Below, piece by piece: positions 60,119 through 64,000 of a stretch of 64,000 bases of DNA (the first letter of the stretch is position 1; every line of letters begins with the position of its first letter). The notes under the pieces were generated by a model. The model saw only the letters and a list, made by a program, of their open reading frames with translations. It was not told the origin of the DNA and did not search any database. The DNA is from Nostoc sp. DedSLP01 (lineage in GTDB: Bacteria > Cyanobacteriota > Cyanobacteriia > Cyanobacteriales > Nostocaceae), in the NCBI GenBank assembly GCA_034530875.2, contig JAVRCJ020000024.1, positions 1 to 64,000 of the forward strand, read 5' to 3'. The translations under genes were made by a program, and so were the position numbers.

Positions 60119-63100
60119 TTAAATTGAGCCAGCAATCCAATTTAAGGAACGGAATGGAATTACAACTAAGGCAATCATTCTTTCAGGGCTGCGTGTTAGT
60201 TTGATGGGGAAGGTGAGAACTTTAAGTTGGCTGTTGGCAGTGGCATCGCTGAATAAGATGCTATCCCCTTCTATGCGTTCGATCGCCAAATTAATATCTT
60301 TGACTTTAGTCGCCTTACGCAAGGCTTCTATAGCTGTCCAAATCCGCGTACCTGCGCTATCTACTGACTCTTTAGTTTCTAGCTGTTGGATTAATGGATA
60401 TCGAGAAGAATTCAGTAAGGCAATCCAATCTTCGGTACTGCGATGAGTTATCGGTTCGATATCGCAACCTTGCACTCCTCGACCGGCAACGCAGAAACAA
60501 ACACGTTCGTCATGGGCAAGGGATACTTCGATTTTTTCTTCCGCCAGTCCCACAACTACTGGTTTGCCAGATTCCGTCCACTGAATGCGGACTTTGGATA
60601 TGAGATTAGCATTATTGTTCAAAAGTTGAGCGATCGCTCTGTGGAATAAAGGTAATTCCAATTGATGGCGTTCTGTGGGTAAGAGTGTATGGATACCGGG
60701 AAGATAACCCAATGATATCTCTGGTGCGACAACTTTGAATAAAGGCGATCGATTGCTCAATTCTCTAGCAAGAATCAGTTCATCTCTTTGACTGGGATCT
60801 GCCAAATCTTCAGCAGTGGGATTCTCCTGGCGGTGTTCTAGTATCCGCAATTGATAGCTATTGAGTCTTTCGATAACACGACCATCGGGAGCTACTAAGA
60901 AAACATTACTGCGATACTGTTGACCTTCTCGCCCTTGTGGTGTAGTCACACCAATATACGAACCAGCTTCATCTTTATCTGATTGATAGATTTCAATACT
61001 ATCGATGCGGATGGGCAAACAAAGATCCTGGGGAATTACTAGTTGTCCGGCTTGTAACAAAGAGTCTCTGCAATAAGGATCTCCCAGTAAGAAAGGCCCT
61101 TGCGCTCTATCTAAAGATTGTTTTTGCTCCTCGGCAGAATACAAGTTTCTTTGGGTTTTGAATACGCACTTCTGGGAATTCAGGCTATAAACCTGTTGTA
61201 AACGCTGGAACTTGGTCCCTTGGAATAGTAACCAACTATAGAGATCTGCTTGAGGCTCAATATCTAGAGGCACTTCTGGAACTTCAACCTGTTCTAGAGG
61301 TGGCTGTTTGTCAACATCTAGTAAAAATGTCGCTGAAAAATGGCTGATGGCAAATCCTGTCTGTTCTGTTTTGATGGTGACATAAACTTGCTGCGGATCG
61401 CTTTTTAACTTCCTCTCCAGTACCTCTGCATGAATTTCTATGTCTACTCCTTTGTCAGGAGCTACAACAATAGGACGTTCCAGACGGATATCTTCTATTT
61501 GTACAGCTGGTAAGGAATCTTGACTGGTGACATAAGCAACTGCTTGTGCCATAGCTTCCAAACCAAATACAGTCGGGAACAGATACGAACCTTTATACAG
61601 GTGATCATGTAAGTATGAATCCCGTTCCAGACTCAGATGCGCCCTGAGAACAACCTCTACACCTGGTTGATAAATCAAGATTTTCTCTAAAAACTTCGAT
61701 TTAGCAGGAGGTGAGAACAATCCAGGATACCAAGTATCAAAGCCACTCGATTCAAAAGCTGCTAAGGTTTGCATCGGTGCGGCTATCACAACTCGCAAAT
61801 CTGCGGCTTCATTTTTGATGAGATGCAAGAATCGACTAACGCCTGCATCTTTGGGAATGGCACTAATACCCATCTTGTTCAGGCTGCGCACGCTACCCAT
61901 CCGCGCCCCCATACCTACTTCTTCCCAGACGCTGTACGCCATTGATACCACGGCAGTTTCAGGGTGCTGGACTTGAAAACGGCGTAAAATCAGATCCAAA
62001 GTTTCATTAGAGAAGCCATACCAAGCATTGCGTTGCATCCCTGTAAAGCCGATGACTGAAGAGAAACCAGCGAAAAGCTTCAGTGATGTACCTTCTAGTG
62101 CTTTACAGAGATTAATCAAACCGAGAAGCTTAGGACTGATTTCATCAAATGCTGCTTCTGTAGAGACTTGCTCAATCAGTCTCGGCTTATTGAGAGCAGC
62201 CCCGTGAATAACTCCTGATATCTCACCTAGTTCTTGTCTGACTTTTTGTAAAAGATTAACTACTGCTTGATAGTCAGCAACATCGCACGCATAGTAGCGG
62301 CAGGTTAATCCTTCAGATTGAAAGCGTAAGAGAGTGCGGGTAATATCAGAATTACTGTTGTCATCCTGATGAAGCGAACGTCCCACAAGTACCACGCGGA
62401 CACCTGTATCTTTAGCCAGAGCCAAGGCACACTCGGCAGTAATACCTTTTGCTCCACCTGTAACGAGGATGACATCCTCAGATGACCAGGTAATATTCCG
62501 GTCTAAATAATCTACAGGTTGCTGTACCTGAGGCCGAGGAACGTAACGTCTGAGATCGGTATCGTAACTTACAGTTGTATAGACGTGGGGAGTAGAAAGT
62601 TCTCTAAAGACGCATTCTGCTAGATTATTGGGATCTACCGTAGGAGAGAAATCAATTACTCGAACTTTGAGATCGGTTCGTTCTAGATGCAAGCTGGCAG
62701 CAAAGCCAACTGTACAGCATTGGTCGATATCTGGTAGTGGCAGTTTTGCTCCGAAATATCCCCCACTAAATTGAACGTAAGCTACTGTTGTATGGTCGCG
62801 GGATGCTAGAGGTGGAGTGGCGATACTGCGTAACCGTTCAATCATCCCAATCAGACGAGCTTCTGATGACAGTTGAGCATTCGGTGTAGAAGGTAATACC
62901 GCGATGAAGTGGGTTAAATTGAGGCTGTTAGCTAGTGTTTGAGGGCTGGCTTCTGCAAAGGTTAGACTTTGAACTTGAGCGCCTTGAGTCCGAAGTTGGT
63001 CTGATAAGGCTGCTATTTTGTCTGCATTACTTAATTCATAAAGAATTAGGACATTTGCAGCTTGCCAGTTTTCTTCCATCTGTCTGCCTAAAGCGACTGA

Positions 63101-64000
63101 GGGAATTTCCTCTGGAACATTTTGGACGATATAATCGCGTACCAGTTGCTTACGGGTTAACTCTGGCCCGATCGCTGTTATTTTGCCATTGTTTTGTCTA
63201 AAATCTTGCTTGAGAGAAACTGTTGAGCTAGATTCTGAGATTTTGATTCCATTACCGTTACCATTATTGTTTGGTATGTAATTGTGAATTGTCTCAGCAA
63301 TCTCTTGAATCGTGGCGTTGGCTAGAGAAGGCGGGTCAATTTTCCCGGCGGCGCCAAATAGCTTGGCGGCTTCTGCGACGACTTCACCGGCTTTGATGGA
63401 ATCAAGGTTGAGGTCGTCGAGCAATCGCAATTCGGCTGTGATACTTTCTCTGACATATCCTGTTTGTTGGATAATCAGGTCAGTCAGTGAAGAGGCGATC
63501 GCATCAGTTGTTTTCGTTAAGCTTGTGGGTATTATAGAAGCTGCTTCATGACCGTTGGATATGAAACTGCGAATCGTTTCAGCTATCTCTTGAATTGTGG
63601 CATTGGCTAAAGCAGGTGGGTCAATTTTCCCAGCCACACCATATTGTTTGGCGGCTTCTGCGACAATTTCACCGGCTTTGATGGAATCAAGGTTGAGGTC
63701 GTCAAGCAATCGCAATTCTGCTGTAATACTTTCTCTGACATATCCTGTTTGGCGAACAATCAAGTCTGCTAACAAGAACTCAACACTCTGATTAGTGTTT
63801 GTTTCTGCTGGCTTCAGTAACGTAGAAACGGTACTGTGGGAACCATTACCATTAACTGCATGAGTTATTCTCGCACCATTTTGAGGTGTTGCAGCTAAAG
63901 GCAGAGTTTGCATATCGGCTCGGATGACTTCAGCGATAAACTTACCGCGTCGAGCCAGGTAATCTTGCAGTACCTCTGGTGAAGTATGGTTATGTTCGGC
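60119..64000 (-). CDS. Iterative type I PKS, enediyne PKSE-like; 5' part beyond the window; visible domains ACP-ACP-KR-DH-PPTase
   Basis: The frame is open to 64000. Two ACPs carry LDDLNLDSIK. KR: VTGGAKGITAECALALA, YGFSNE, SVWEEVGMG. DH: YLHDH....LFPTVFGLEAMAQ, LLGDP..RD. PPTase: SLAH, GCDIE, RIWTAIEALRKA. Confidence 0.9.
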   Translation of the reverse strand, partial: AEHNHTSPEVLQDYLARRGKFIAEVIRADMQTLPLAATPQNGARITHAVNGNGSHSTVSTLLKPAETNTNQSVEFLLADLIVRQTGYVRESITAELRLLDDLNLDSIKAGEIVAEAAKQYGVAGKIDPPALANATIQEIAETIRSFISNGHEAASIIPTSLTKTTDAIASSLTDLIIQQTGYVRESITAELRLLDDLNLDSIKAGEVVAEAAKLFGAAGKIDPPSLANATIQEIAETIHNYIPNNNGNGNGIKISESSSTVSLKQDFRQNNGKITAIGPELTRKQLVRDYIVQNVPEEIPSVALGRQMEENWQAANVLILYELSNADKIAALSDQLRTQGAQVQSLTFAEASPQTLANSLNLTHFIAVLPSTPNAQLSSEARLIGMIERLRSIATPPLASRDHTTVAYVQFSGGYFGAKLPLPDIDQCCTVGFAASLHLERTDLKVRVIDFSPTVDPNNLAECVFRELSTPHVYTTVSYDTDLRRYVPRPQVQQPVDYLDRNITWSSEDVILVTGGAKGITAECALALAKDTGVRVVLVGRSLHQDDNSNSDITRTLLRFQSEGLTCRYYACDVADYQAVVNLLQKVRQELGEISGVIHGAALNKPRLIEQVSTEAAFDEISPKLLGLINLCKALEGTSLKLFAGFSSVIGFTGMQRNAWYGFSNETLDLILRRFQVQHPETAVVSMAYSVWEEVGMGARMGSVRSLNKMGISAIPKDAGVSRFLHLIKNEAADLRVVIAAPMQTLAAFESSGFDTWYPGLFSPPAKSKFLEKILIYQPGVEVVLRAHLSLERDSYLHDHLYKGSYLFPTVFGLEAMAQAVAYVTSQDSLPAVQIEDIRLERPIVVAPDKGVDIEIHAEVLERKLKSDPQQVYVTIKTEQTGFAISHFSATFLLDVDKQPPLEQVEVPEVPLDIEPQADLYSWLLFQGTKFQRLQQVYSLNSQKCVFKTQRNLYSAEEQKQSLDRAQGPFLLGDPYCRDSLLQAGQLVIPQDLCLPIRIDSIEIYQSDKDEAGSYIGVTTPQGREGQQYRSNVFLVAPDGRVIERLNSYQLRILEHRQENPTAEDLADPSQRDELILARELSNRSPLFKVVAPEISLGYLPGIHTLLPTERHQLELPLFHRAIAQLLNNNANLISKVRIQWTESGKPVVVGLAEEKIEVSLAHDERVCFCVAGRGVQGCDIEPITHRSTEDWIALLNSSRYPLIQQLETKESVDSAGTRIWTAIEALRKATKVKDINLAIERIEGDSILFSDATANSQLKVLTFPIKLTRSPERMIALVVIPFRSLNWIAGSI

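Noticed and set aside
63911..63913. ATG 63913 as the PKS start
   Set aside because: The reading frame stays open to the window edge and the KS/AT domains are missing, so the gene probably starts beyond 64000.
60119..64000. Heterocyst glycolipid/PUFA synthase (HglE/PfaA) interpretation of the PKS
   Set aside because: Tandem ACPs fit, but the fused C-terminal PPTase, the PKSE-like KR/DH motifs and the DUF1702 neighbours favour PKSE. The KS is not visible, so this is not fully excluded.

Overview
This 64 kb window is from a filamentous, probably heterocyst-forming (Nostocales-type) cyanobacterium. The evidence is dense HIP1 octamers (GCGATCGC), STRR-type short tandem repeats and many MITE/REP-like elements. 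From left to right: (1) the 5' part of a group II intron whose RT gene is frameshifted, just upstream of dnaN; (2) mostly core genes, including a knotless phytochrome/cyanobacteriochrome histidine kinase, a Get3/ArsA ATPase, ackA and xth, plus an orphan phosphotransferase + HopA1-like pair of the RiPP dehydratase type; (3) a defence-island-like stretch (about 19-29.5 kb) with a Panacea toxin-antitoxin pair, a DUF5677-like gene, a WYL regulator divergent from a zinc-ribbon + HEPN-like/wHTH operon with a palindrome just before its start, and AIPR; (4) a GC-rich sugar ABC transporter, an alpha-amylase and a nitrate/nitrite-type ABC transporter with NrtS; (5) an ECF42-type sigma factor with duplicated YciI/DGPF genes and recognisable promoters; (6) the 3' part of a minus-strand biosynthetic cluster. 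This cluster has an enediyne-type (PKSE-like) iterative PKS with tandem ACPs, two flavin-dependent halogenases, an aldehyde dehydrogenase, a carotenoid-cleavage oxygenase and three DUF1702 proteins, followed by RTX, GMC oxidase, UbiA and PEP-CTERM genes. The best candidates for an undescribed system are the PKSE-like cluster and the WYL/zinc-ribbon/HEPN-like module. All family assignments come from motif recognition by eye; no database searches were run.
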